15,615 nucleotides of DNA, taken from assembly GCA_963753595.1 (NCBI GenBank), contig CAVWCX010000016.1, positions 1-15,615 of the forward strand, written 5' to 3'. Under the pieces are notes generated by a model that had not been told where the DNA came from, did not search any database, and worked only from the letters and a program-made list of their open reading frames with translations. The stretch is from Candidatus Methanoperedenaceae archaeon. GTDB taxonomy: Archaea > Halobacteriota > Methanosarcinia > Methanosarcinales > Methanoperedenaceae. Numbering within the stretch: the first letter of the stretch is position 1; each line of letters opens with the position of its first letter. Both the position numbers and the translations under genes were made by a program. Shown here piece by piece: positions 1-8,456 of the stretch.

Positions 1-127
1 AGTTAATTAAGATTTTCAATATAAATAAGTAGCAGCATAATTTTTCAAATATTAATTTTACACGTTATATGGCCCCAAATATCAAAAATATTAGTCAATA
101 AACAATATAAAACTAAAATGAACCATA

Positions 128-142
128 ATAAAACTTATAATA
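128..142 (+). promoter_or_regulatory. Possible BRE/TATA promoter for the small ORF-ferredoxin-GGR unit
   Basis: ATAAAAC followed by TTATAATA (TTATAA at 135-140) in the AT-rich region upstream of ORF 275. Other TATA-like words occur nearby, so the placement is uncertain. Confidence 0.3.
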
Positions 143-274
143 ACTGAGAAACTCAAAAAACTTTCATCATATTTAATACTATTAATGCTCATAATCATAA
201 GTATGAAGACGCCTGTTCCAATGGGCAAAATAGACATCTTCAAAAAATGCATAAAAAAATGGAGATAGAGTGAT

Positions 275-472
275 ATGTTAGAAACTTCCGAGGAAAGGGT
301 GAAATTATTAAAAGCTGGAATTTCAGCCAGAAGAATAGAACAGCTTTACGTTATTAACAACAATTTTAAAACGGTAAATATTCCGGTTCTTTTTGAGGCT
401 GTTGAAGTTCGGCAGGAAACCGAAGGCAAAGGATTATTTTGTGAATTAACCGCAGAATTCGCGAAAGCTTAA
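275..472 (+). CDS. Small hypothetical protein (65 aa)
   Basis: ATG preceded by GGAG (261-264) and GTGA (270-273) SD-like words. Same strand as, and 39 nt upstream of, the ferredoxin ATG. No recognisable domain. Confidence 0.6.
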   Translation: MLETSEERVKLLKAGISARRIEQLYVINNNFKTVNIPVLFEAVEVRQETEGKGLFCELTAEFAKA

Positions 473-511
473 CAAAATTTATATGTGCTGGATGCGTTAG
501 CAGTACAGCCT

Positions 512-685
512 ATGAGTGTTAATGTTAATCGTTATAAGTGCGGATATTGTGGAGCTTGTGTGGGAGTATGCCCCGTTGGCGCGCTTGAGCTTGTGGAAAC
601 CTGGATAGAAGTGGATAATACCTGCACGAGCTGCGGAGTTTGTGCAAAAATATGTCCGGTTGGGGCGCTGGTGGTAGTAAAATGA
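512..685 (+). CDS. 2[4Fe-4S] ferredoxin (57 aa), probable electron donor to the GGR
   Basis: Two CxxCxxCxxxCP motifs (CGYCGACVGVCP, CTSCGVCAKICP). Likely start is ATG 512 (MSVNVNRYKC); the track uses GTG 485. The stop overlaps the GGR start (ATGA, 682-685). Confidence 0.93.
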   Translation: MSVNVNRYKCGYCGACVGVCPVGALELVETWIEVDNTCTSCGVCAKICPVGALVVVK

Positions 686-1860
686 GATCCAGGTACGATG
701 TTATTATAGTTGGGGCAGGTCCTGGAGGTTCGATCGCTGCAAAAACATGTGCGAAAGCTGGGCTGGAAGTTCTTCTCATTGAAAAAAGGCAGGAAATAGG
801 GGATCCTGTAAGATGCGCAGAAGGAGTAGGAAAGGAAGGTTTAATGCGGCATATCCAACCTGATAATAGATGGATAGCTGCCGAATTAAAAGGCTCGAAG
901 ATCCTTGCACCTGATGGTACAGAGATTAAAATGTCTGAAGAAGCATCAAGCCAGAAAGCGGGTTTTAACCTTGAAAGAAAAGTTTTTGACCGCGTGCTTG
1001 CACAGCAGGCAGCCATGGCAGGCGCGGACGTTATGGTAAAAACCAGGGCCACTGGATTATTAAGGAGCGATGGAAGTATTTCAGGCATAAAAGCCATGTA
1101 TATGGGAGAAGTCACTGAGATCAAAGCTGACATAGTTATTGGAGCTGATGGTGTGGAATCCAAGGTAGGAAGATGGGGAGGAATAGATACATCCTTGAAA
1201 CCCGTGGATATCAACACATGCACCCAGTTCCTTGTTACAAATATTGATGCGGGTGAATACAACAAATTTTACATGGGAGAAAAATATGCACCTGGCGGAT
1301 ATTTGTGGTTATTTCCTAAAGGAGAACATATGGCAAATGTAGGCCTGGGTATCCTTGGGAGCAAATGCGGTAGTATAAGGCCGGTTTCATTACTCCATAA
1401 ATTCATGGAAACTTATATGCCCCAGGGTAAGATCATTGAAATGGTAGTGGGAGGCGTTCCCGTAAGCGGACCAATAAAACAAACAGTGGCTGATGGTCTT
1501 ATTCTTGTGGGGGATGCGGCCAGGCAGTCCGATCCCCTGACAGGCGGAGGTATCATCAATGCAATGGATGCAGGGAAAATCGCAGGGGAAGTGTGTATCA
1601 AGGCAAAAGAAAAGGGAGATTATTCGGTTAAGATATTGAAAGAATATGAAGACAGGTGGCGTGCCACTATAGGGAAAGAATTGAGCAAATCCCTGATGGT
1701 AAAAAATCTTCTTATAAAGGTGTCAGATGAGCAGTTAAACCAGCTGGCTCATTCCCTGTCCGGGATAGATACCAGTAAAATGGCTTTGCCAAAAGTCCTG
1801 CCAATTTTATTTAAGAAAAATCCCAAGATATTGTGGGAATTAAGAAGCCTGTTCATATAA
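682..1860 (+). CDS. Digeranylgeranylglycerophospholipid reductase / geranylgeranyl reductase (FAD-dependent, 392 aa)
   Basis: N-terminal Rossmann motif YDVIIVGAGPGG, PVRCAEG, IGADG, YLWLFPK (YxWxFP), LVGDAA and DPLTGGGI, all typical of archaeal GGR. Start placed at ATG 682 (ATGA overlap), not 640. Confidence 0.93.
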   Translation: MRSRYDVIIVGAGPGGSIAAKTCAKAGLEVLLIEKRQEIGDPVRCAEGVGKEGLMRHIQPDNRWIAAELKGSKILAPDGTEIKMSEEASSQKAGFNLERKVFDRVLAQQAAMAGADVMVKTRATGLLRSDGSISGIKAMYMGEVTEIKADIVIGADGVESKVGRWGGIDTSLKPVDINTCTQFLVTNIDAGEYNKFYMGEKYAPGGYLWLFPKGEHMANVGLGILGSKCGSIRPVSLLHKFMETYMPQGKIIEMVVGGVPVSGPIKQTVADGLILVGDAARQSDPLTGGGIINAMDAGKIAGEVCIKAKEKGDYSVKILKEYEDRWRATIGKELSKSLMVKNLLIKVSDEQLNQLAHSLSGIDTSKMALPKVLPILFKKNPKILWELRSLFI

Positions 1861-1954
1861 ATCCTGAGTTCCCGCGGTTGGCACATAAATGCCGTCTGTA
1901 CTCGTTATCCCAAATTTTGCAAGTGACCAAATCAGGCACAGCACACTATCTGAA

Positions 1955-1998
1955 ACGAGCTCCGGTAGCGTGAGTTCGTATTTGTTCGTTGTTTTTTT
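1955..1998 (+). terminator. Possible terminator of the ferredoxin-GGR transcript
   Basis: Stem ACGAGCTC (1955-1962) / GAGTTCGT (1972-1979), 8 bp with one G-U pair, followed by a T-rich run ending in T7 (1992-1998). Confidence 0.4.
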
Positions 1999-2141
1999 CA
2001 TGTTCATTTAGGAACCACAGTAAATAGCCGACTCTGCGGTGAATAAAATCAAACACCGCAAAGCGCGCTAAGAACGCAAAGCATTCATGAAATTAGTATT
2101 TAAAATTAGGTTCTTGATTATGATTTTCAAAACCTGAAAAA
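1994..2141. repeat. Intergenic element with imperfect terminal inverted repeats and an internal 9-nt-period triple repeat (MITE/REP-like)
   Basis: TTTTTCATGTT (1994-2004) vs AACCTGAAAAA (2131-2141), 10/11 complementary. Inner inverted repeat CTCTGCGGTG (2032-2041) / CACCGCAAAG (2054-2063). CGC(A/T)AAG occurs at 2057, 2066 and 2075. Confidence 0.35.
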
Positions 2142-2173
2142 TAGTAGAAACCGCAGAACAAAAGTCCTGCAGT
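2136..2173 (-). terminator. Likely terminator downstream of secY (end of the r-protein superoperon)
   Basis: Minus strand reads ACTGCAGGAC-TTTT-GTTCTGCGGT, a 10-bp stem with 2 G-U pairs (2150-2173), starting 7 nt after the secY stop and followed by TTCTACTATTTTT. Confidence 0.55.
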
Positions 2174-2180
2174 ATTTGAA

Positions 2181-3662
2181 TTATTCTTTTCCGAAGAAGC
2201 TTCTCATCATCGGGTGCATTTCCATCATCTGCTGGCTTGCAATATCTTCATACAACCTGTACATGATACTTACAGTCAGCAACAGGCCTGTTCCGCCTGC
2301 ACCGCCAAGCGTACCCAGAAGACTTGCAATCAGTGTAAGGATACCAATAAATGCCCCGCCGATCACTGTTACTTTGGGAATATATCGCTGCATTACACGT
2401 TCCATTGTTCCGCTGCTTCTGCGGTAACCCGGGATCTGCATTCCTGAGTTCTGGATCTTTTCCGCAACCTGCTTTGCACCCATACCTGTTGTCTCGACCC
2501 AGAAGAGGGCAAAGATTATGCCTCCAATTATGAGCATAGACGCATCTGTGAAAACATGCAGGAATATCTTCCATAAAGCAGGCTCTGCAACACCAAGACT
2601 CGTGAATCTTGGCCCAACAAGAGTGGGTATCCAGTCACTTGGCCCGTTTATGGGTGAGAGATAATACATAAGACCGCCAACAGCTGTTCCTTGTTTGTAA
2701 GTTCCAAGTATCGTTATATTTTTGCTTGAAAGGATCAAGCCTACCATCTGGATATTTGCCTGGAGCGCCCTTACAAGGATCATAGGCAGAACGCTGGCGT
2801 AGATAAGTTTTACCGGGAACCGTCCGCGTGCGCCTCTTACAGCAGCATGAGCAAGGGGTATCTCGATACGTGTGCTTTCTACATAAACGACCATCAGATA
2901 GATAGCTATTGTACTTAACAGCGCAAGTATTCCTGCATTATAGAGGAAGAGAACCTTGTTTGTCAGTATGTAATTCATATCTATCCCGGAATTAGGCCCG
3001 GCCATGTATATCCATTTTGGAATGATACCGATCGGAACTATTCCTGTTTCATCGGTTTTCCAGTTGAACAGGCCCTGCACTATCTGCTGCGATACACCGG
3101 CGATAATGAACATCCCAACACCTGAGCCTATTCCCCACTTGGAGACTATTTCATCCATGTAGAGGATCAAAATGCCACCCATGCATACCTGAAGGAATAG
3201 CAATAACGTTATATAGCTCACGGGAACGCCAAGCGTCGCTGCAAGTCCGGCATCTGCTTTCATATATCCACCAAGGATCTGCGGCAGGGCTTCAAGAACT
3301 ACCATTACAAAAACAAGAAGTTTTTGCAAACCCTGGAATATCGCCTGTTGATGTGGATTAGTAAGATCCATTTTTATGACATTTGCCCCCACAAGCAATT
3401 GCAGCACTATTGAAGCCGTTACTATCGGACCTATTCCCAGGACCATCAGTGAACCGGAAGCTCCGGCGAAGAATGCCCTGTAAAGTTCGAACAGGTCGAT
3501 CGAGCTTTTATCCAGCCCGAATAGCGGGATATTGGCCAAAACGAAATACAGGACAAGAATTCCTAATGTCCATCCAAGTTTTTTCTTAAAATGCACATGA
3601 CCTTCCGGCCGTTTAACTGCAGGAAGGCGGTTCAATAGGGGTGCAAGACTTTCAAATGCCAT
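2181..3662 (-). CDS. secY: Preprotein translocase subunit SecY (493 aa)
   Basis: LPAVKRPEGHVHFKKKLGWT, LGIGPIVTASIVLQLL, DEIVSKWGIGSG, FPVKLIYAS, SGMQIPGYRR, GTGLLLTVSI. About 10 hydrophobic segments; canonical position after rpl15. Confidence 0.98.
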   Translation of the reverse strand: MAFESLAPLLNRLPAVKRPEGHVHFKKKLGWTLGILVLYFVLANIPLFGLDKSSIDLFELYRAFFAGASGSLMVLGIGPIVTASIVLQLLVGANVIKMDLTNPHQQAIFQGLQKLLVFVMVVLEALPQILGGYMKADAGLAATLGVPVSYITLLLFLQVCMGGILILYMDEIVSKWGIGSGVGMFIIAGVSQQIVQGLFNWKTDETGIVPIGIIPKWIYMAGPNSGIDMNYILTNKVLFLYNAGILALLSTIAIYLMVVYVESTRIEIPLAHAAVRGARGRFPVKLIYASVLPMILVRALQANIQMVGLILSSKNITILGTYKQGTAVGGLMYYLSPINGPSDWIPTLVGPRFTSLGVAEPALWKIFLHVFTDASMLIIGGIIFALFWVETTGMGAKQVAEKIQNSGMQIPGYRRSSGTMERVMQRYIPKVTVIGGAFIGILTLIASLLGTLGGAGGTGLLLTVSIMYRLYEDIASQQMMEMHPMMRSFFGKE

Positions 3663-3668
3663 ATTTTT

Positions 3669-4127
3669 TTACTCTTGTTTTGTCGATTCTGGTTTTTCTA
3701 ACGGGGAAATTATCTGCCCTTTAGCTTCTTCAATCTTCTGCTTTGCGACAGACGAAAATTCGGAAGCGGTCACAAATAATGATTTGGTTACTTTTCCGCT
3801 GCCAAGTACTTTTTCTATACCGATATTGCCAAGGTCAATGTGGAATGCATTTCCTTTCTTTTCTGCAAATCCATCTATTACCAATTGCTCAATAGCCTCA
3901 TCGATCTCTCCGATATTTACTATGGACAAATCTGAGGTCACAGACTGTGGGCGTTTGAACCCGTGTTTACCAAAAAGCAAGCCGCGCTGCATTGAGCGGA
4001 CAAAATGATGCTTGCATGTTCCGGCATTTCCGCGTCCACCCCGGCTGCCTCCGCCTCTTCTATTCTTATGCGTGCCTCCGCCACATGTCCTTGACCCTCT
4101 GAATTTCTTGGTTTTTTGTTTGCTCAT
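3669..4127 (-). CDS. rpl15: 50S ribosomal protein uL15
   Basis: [44 protein letters not shown]; operon position. Confidence 0.97.
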   Translation of the reverse strand: MSKQKTKKFRGSRTCGGGTHKNRRGGGSRGGRGNAGTCKHHFVRSMQRGLLFGKHGFKRPQSVTSDLSIVNIGEIDEAIEQLVIDGFAEKKGNAFHIDLGNIGIEKVLGSGKVTKSLFVTASEFSSVAKQKIEEAKGQIISPLEKPESTKQE

Positions 4128-4132
4128 GATAA

Positions 4133-4594
4133 TTACCTCATTTTAGTTAACAGGGCATTGATCTGGGTTCCATGGAATCCTAAATCTCCTCCTTCCTGGA
4201 AGGTTCTTTTGGTACCCTTCAGGCCTTTTCTTGCCGGATGCATCCTGAAAACAGGTTTCATTTTAGGAATATCAGAGATAGATATGCTTCCTTCGCATAT
4301 GGCTTTTGCCAGTTCCTTGAAGGATTTGAATTTTGTGTTCTTACTCAGGTATTCCTCAGTAAGGTCATCCCCGCCTTCGAGCTTGCCTCTATTCTCAAGC
4401 ATTTCTTCAAGTGTTTCCGGGGTTATGACTCCCCATGCAACGTAATCTTTTGCTTTATGGATCATTCCATGATAGGTGGGTGTCTCAGGGACTACCACAC
4501 AGTGATTTACCCTGTCAAGGCGCAGCATTCTTAATGTATCCCTGATATCCTGTCTGGTTTTTACTTCTCCGCGAAGTTTTACTATAGCGTACAT
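4133..4594 (-). CDS. rpl30: 50S ribosomal protein uL30 (archaeal long form)
   Basis: [33 protein letters not shown]; lies between rps5 and rpl15. Confidence 0.97.
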   Translation of the reverse strand: MYAIVKLRGEVKTRQDIRDTLRMLRLDRVNHCVVVPETPTYHGMIHKAKDYVAWGVITPETLEEMLENRGKLEGGDDLTEEYLSKNTKFKSFKELAKAICEGSISISDIPKMKPVFRMHPARKGLKGTKRTFQEGGDLGFHGTQINALLTKMR

Positions 4595-4598
4595 TTTT

Positions 4599-5219
4599 TC
4601 ACACCTTCATAGTTGTTGTTTTTATTAGTGCGTTAAAAGTTGCTTTTGCGAAATTAAGGGTTGTTCTCGTCTCACCGCTTACTTTGGTCCAGACGTCTTT
4701 TATTCCTGCAATTTCAAGCACTTTTTTAGCTGTCCCGCCGGAAGCAATTCCAAGTCCTCTGGGGGCAGGCAATAACCTGACTTCCACGCTTCCGGTTTTA
4801 CCCTTTACTTCAAAAGGTACTGTATGGCCAAGTCCGCAGCCGCATTCCCATGAACCGCATCCACGTTTAATGCCGATTACATTCATCTTGGCAGTGTCTA
4901 TCGCTTTTCGGATGGCTATTCCAACCTGGACGTCTTTTCCTTCTCCGATACCAATAAAACCATCACCGTTACCAACAATAACTGTTGCTCTGAATTTTAC
5001 TCTTCTTCCCGAGTCTGTCATTCTTTGAACCATATTGATATCAAGAACCTCATCCCTGATCTCAGGCAGCAATGCATCCACAATCTGGGACTCTCTTATC
5101 GGTAATCCCGATGCAAGGGCTTCACTCATTGTTGTAACCTGTCCCTCCTTGACCAGTCTACCCAGTCTTGTCTGAGGGAACCATTCCTCTTTCTGTTGTT
5201 CAAATCCTTTGTCTCTCAT
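4599..5219 (-). CDS. rps5: 30S ribosomal protein uS5
   Basis: [38 protein letters not shown]. Start placed at ATG 5219, downstream of a GGTGA SD (track uses GTG 5228). Confidence 0.97.
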   Translation of the reverse strand: MRDKGFEQQKEEWFPQTRLGRLVKEGQVTTMSEALASGLPIRESQIVDALLPEIRDEVLDINMVQRMTDSGRRVKFRATVIVGNGDGFIGIGEGKDVQVGIAIRKAIDTAKMNVIGIKRGCGSWECGCGLGHTVPFEVKGKTGSVEVRLLPAPRGLGIASGGTAKKVLEIAGIKDVWTKVSGETRTTLNFAKATFNALIKTTTMKV

Positions 5220-5224
5220 TTTAT

Positions 5225-5743
5225 TCACCTGAATTCGCCCTCAATCTTTTGTTTAACGGCCTGGAATTGTTCTGCAATATTGGTTTTCCTGAATTTATCA
5301 ATATGCTTGCCCATGATCCTGTCTTGCGACGGGAATATTGCCGGGTCATGTGGTATTTCAAGACCTGCATCTACCGCACCTTTTAATGCGGCAAACAGAA
5401 GTCCGCCCTTGGTAGCATGATATAATCCCAGGTCAGTTATTGCCTCTGTCTGCCCTTTTTTCTTTGCCCGGTATCCAAGCAATAATCCTGCCAGATACGC
5501 TGACGTGATATTTCCAGTCGGGGCAGTATAGCCATATTTTTTTAAATCCTGTGTATTGGCACAGACGAGTGTTGCATCTCCTGCTGGTTGAGGTACTATT
5601 ATCTGTACCTGTGTATTTTTCAGGCTTTTCCTGATTACAAGCCTGGGCTTTCTTGATATCAACAATTGCTTTCTTGTGCGATAATCAGTTTTGCCCATCC
5701 TGACCCGTCTGAATTTTACTCTGTATCGTGATCCTGTCGCCAT
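5225..5743 (-). CDS. rpl18: 50S ribosomal protein uL18
   Basis: [47 protein letters not shown]. Start is ATG 5743 after a GGAGG SD. Confidence 0.97.
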   Translation of the reverse strand: MATGSRYRVKFRRVRMGKTDYRTRKQLLISRKPRLVIRKSLKNTQVQIIVPQPAGDATLVCANTQDLKKYGYTAPTGNITSAYLAGLLLGYRAKKKGQTEAITDLGLYHATKGGLLFAALKGAVDAGLEIPHDPAIFPSQDRIMGKHIDKFRKTNIAEQFQAVKQKIEGEFR

Positions 5744-5745
5744 AT

Positions 5746-6198
5746 TCAAGCCTCCTTGGCTTTAAGCTGTTCCACATGGGCAATAAGATGTGCCCTGCTT
5801 CTGTATTCTCCGCCTTTGGCTTTGCGGTATAATTTCCTGTAAGTTGAGACTTCAATGGTCTTGTTCTCTTTCATTTCCTTAAGTTGACTTCGCAATGCAC
5901 GGATCTTTTTCATCCATTGTTCTTTCTTCGGGTTCCTTGCGCCTTTTGCACCCGATCTTGAGCCATGCCCCTTCCGATGTCCGTATGCACGCGTCTCGGC
6001 AACTTTTCGGGCTCTTCCGCGGCTTACTCCCTGGATATTTCTTTTTCCGATCTTCTTTTCGGTGATCAATTTACGGATATCTTCCCGCGTAAGAGCTGTT
6101 GCTATGTCCTTATAGGATTCTGGATTCATCCATACGCGGTTGACACCAATATCCATAACTTCTGCCGCAAGTCTTCTCTGATTTGCAAGATCTGTCAT
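5746..6198 (-). CDS. rpl19e: 50S ribosomal protein eL19
   Basis: [47 protein letters not shown]. Confidence 0.98.
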   Translation of the reverse strand: MTDLANQRRLAAEVMDIGVNRVWMNPESYKDIATALTREDIRKLITEKKIGKRNIQGVSRGRARKVAETRAYGHRKGHGSRSGAKGARNPKKEQWMKKIRALRSQLKEMKENKTIEVSTYRKLYRKAKGGEYRSRAHLIAHVEQLKAKEA

Positions 6199-6199
6199 T

Positions 6200-6853
6200 T
6201 TAATCTACCTTCCTTGTGGGGTTCAGGATCTTCAATCCTAATTCTGCAGCTTTTTTCTCAATGATACTGCGCTTTCTTGCTCCAACTGTTCTGCCTATTC
6301 TGCCAGCCTGACTCTCGGTCTTAAGAGATTCAACTTCTTTGATGTTATTTACAATGATCTCTTCGAACCCGGATGGATGGAGCCCGCGAACTGCAGCCGG
6401 ACTTCCGTATCCTGCTTCTACAAGAGGACATTTTCCATGCTTTGCATACCTCGTCTTATTATGTATGCCGTCCGGTTTTCTCCAATAGTCTGCAAGCTTC
6501 TTCTTTTTATGGGAATCTGTCTGCTTGAATGTTGGTTTCTTACTTTTCTGTTTTTTCCTTACATTAAGAAGTCTTTTTATTTCTGTATTGAGTGTGATAG
6601 TGATAGGTGATGCTTCGATTTTTTCAGAAGTCTTCTCCTCTTCTATCTTTTCTTCTTCGATCACCATCTCGTCGGCAGAAGCTTTGATCTTCTGGGCCAG
6701 TTTTTCACCGATTCCTTTGATGCCGGCAATCTCTTCTTCGCTTGCATTTTTCACCGATTCTATTGTCTCGAATCCTGCATCATAAAGTATTTTCGCTTTA
6801 GCCTTGCCAACACCCTCGATAGTTGTAAGCTGTTTTATCGCTTCATTTTCCAT
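6200..6853 (-). CDS. rpl32e: 50S ribosomal protein eL32 with an N-terminal tandem helix-hairpin-helix domain (217 aa)
   Basis: C-terminal L32e core ([33 protein letters not shown]). N-terminal IEGVGKAKA...IKGIGEKLA HhH repeats and an acidic linker. Start is ATG 6853 after GGTGA. Confidence 0.95.
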   Translation of the reverse strand: MENEAIKQLTTIEGVGKAKAKILYDAGFETIESVKNASEEEIAGIKGIGEKLAQKIKASADEMVIEEEKIEEEKTSEKIEASPITITLNTEIKRLLNVRKKQKSKKPTFKQTDSHKKKKLADYWRKPDGIHNKTRYAKHGKCPLVEAGYGSPAAVRGLHPSGFEEIIVNNIKEVESLKTESQAGRIGRTVGARKRSIIEKKAAELGLKILNPTRKVD

Positions 6854-6858
6854 TATTT

Positions 6859-7389
6859 TCACCGTCCTGACTGTTCAACGAGGTAAACCCCGTCCTGGAA
6901 CACCCTTGGATCAAATCTCTTGATCTTTGTAGCTGTGCGGATATTGGCTGCTGTCTGCCCTACATCTTCCTTATTTATTCCATTAAGAATGACCTGGTCA
7001 CCTTTTATTGTAACCTTGGTATTACCCTGGATATTGGCTTTTCTTGCCTTCTTTTCACCCAGGAAATTAGCAATTATTACCTTGTTCCCTTCGGTCTTTA
7101 TCTGGATAGGGAAATGTGAATAAACGACTTTCATCGTATATTCGTATCCCTTGGTTACGCCTGTGATCATATTTTTTAAGTGTGACTCATAGGTACCAAG
7201 GATCGCGAGCTGTTCTCTTCGTGGAATGTTCGTCTCCACAATGACTTCGGAATCAGATTTTTTTATGGCAACTCCCGGATACCAGAGTTTTCTCTGGAGC
7301 TGACCCTGCGGGCCTGATATCGATATGTTGATGTTATCGATGTTTATATTGACTCCCTGCGGGATCTCTATAGTTCTTTTTGTTTCCAT
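6859..7389 (-). CDS. rpl6: 50S ribosomal protein uL6
   Basis: NMITGVTKGY, VYSHFP, NFLGEK, GQTAANI, DPRVFQDGVY. Confidence 0.98.
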   Translation of the reverse strand: METKRTIEIPQGVNINIDNINISISGPQGQLQRKLWYPGVAIKKSDSEVIVETNIPRREQLAILGTYESHLKNMITGVTKGYEYTMKVVYSHFPIQIKTEGNKVIIANFLGEKKARKANIQGNTKVTIKGDQVILNGINKEDVGQTAANIRTATKIKRFDPRVFQDGVYLVEQSGR

Positions 7390-7397
7390 ACTATCAC

Positions 7398-7787
7398 CTA
7401 ATAAACAAAAGCGAGTAGCTCTCCGCCAATACCATTATCCTGGGCTTCACTGTGGGTCATAACACCCTCAGGAGTCGTCAGGATAATAGAGCCGAAGCCC
7501 TTTGCTGGTAAATACCGCTTTTCCCATTTCTCAAAGTCGGTATTCTTCACGGCGTGACGCGGTCTGATTACTCCGCATTTATTGATTTTTCCTTTAAGCT
7601 GTACCTTGAAATTGCCCGATTTCCCATCATCGATGAATTCGAAATCGCCGATATAAGCTTTATCCTTCATGACTTTAAGCACGTTCCCTATTAGTTTTGA
7701 AGCGGGCTTGATAGTGCAATCTGGTTTGCCTATTATTTCTGCATTTTTTATTGTTGATAACGCATCTGCAAGTGGATCTAATAACAT
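7398..7787 (-). CDS. rps8: 30S ribosomal protein uS8
   Basis: [44 protein letters not shown]. Start is ATG 7787 after GGTGA. Confidence 0.97.
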   Translation of the reverse strand: MLLDPLADALSTIKNAEIIGKPDCTIKPASKLIGNVLKVMKDKAYIGDFEFIDDGKSGNFKVQLKGKINKCGVIRPRHAVKNTDFEKWEKRYLPAKGFGSIILTTPEGVMTHSEAQDNGIGGELLAFVY

Positions 7788-7796
7788 TAAAATCAC

Positions 7797-7949
7797 CTAT
7801 GTATATTTCTCAAAGCCCATCTGGTATGCTGTGTCCCTGAAGCACTGCCTGCAGAGGTATAATCCATATTTCCGGACTAGCCCCTGTTTCCTGCCGCAGC
7901 GTTTGCAGGCATTGGCACCAGCTCCAAATTTTTTATTACTTCGTTCCAT
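7797..7949 (-). CDS. rps14: 30S ribosomal protein uS14 (zinc-binding type, 50 aa; absent from the ORF track)
   Basis: Manual translation [50 protein letters not shown] shows CxxC...CRQCFR. Fills the gap between rpl5 and rps8 exactly. Confidence 0.96.
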   Translation of the reverse strand: MERSNKKFGAGANACKRCGRKQGLVRKYGLYLCRQCFRDTAYQMGFEKYT

Positions 7950-8456
7950 TTAAATTACCTCCACACCGTACTTTTCTTTAACAAAAGAAATTACGTCGTC
8001 TTTATTTAATTTGTGGTCATTGGATACTTTATGTTTCTCTATTTTTCTTGATTTTATCCTGAATCCCGCTCTTTTCAGGGCCACGTTGATATCCATTCCG
8101 TAGATACCAATTGAGGGATCGTATTTCATTCCCGGGAAATCAGTATGTTCCTCAATCCCGAAAGAAAAATTCCCATTTTCATCGAATTGTGTTGCACTTA
8201 TCTTATTTTCAATGATCTTCAATGCGGTTTTAAGGAACTCCTGGGCATGGTTACCCCTTAAGGTCACCTTGCAGCCGATCGGTTCATTTTTCTTGATTGA
8301 AAAATTCGGCAACGTTTTCTTTGCCATTGACCTGACGGGTTTTTGCTTGACGATAGTCCCAAGCAATTTTTCTGCATTGGTCAATCGCTCGCCTGATTCT
8401 CCTGTACACATATGTACAGTCACTTTATCAATTGAAGGTGTTCTCATCTGATTCAT
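7950..8456 (-). CDS. rpl5: 50S ribosomal protein uL5
   Basis: [41 protein letters not shown]. Confidence 0.98.
   Translation of the reverse strand: MNQMRTPSIDKVTVHMCTGESGERLTNAEKLLGTIVKQKPVRSMAKKTLPNFSIKKNEPIGCKVTLRGNHAQEFLKTALKIIENKISATQFDENGNFSFGIEEHTDFPGMKYDPSIGIYGMDINVALKRAGFRIKSRKIEKHKVSNDHKLNKDDVISFVKEKYGVEVI

Noticed and set aside
1-200. AT-rich stretch as a replication origin, CRISPR leader or repeat array
   Set aside because: No ORB-like boxes, no direct repeat-spacer periodicity and no adjacent cdc6 or cas gene visible. Consistent with ordinary promoter DNA.
640-681. Extended starts in the ORF track (GGR 640, ferredoxin 485, and the upstream starts of rps5, rpl18, rpl32e, rps8, rpl24, rpl22)
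   Set aside because: Downstream ATGs match family N-termini and are correctly spaced from SD motifs or stop/start overlaps.
525-1601. Minus-strand ORFs 525..1265 (246 aa) and 1413..1601
   Set aside because: Antisense shadows of the ferredoxin and GGR genes, with no motifs.
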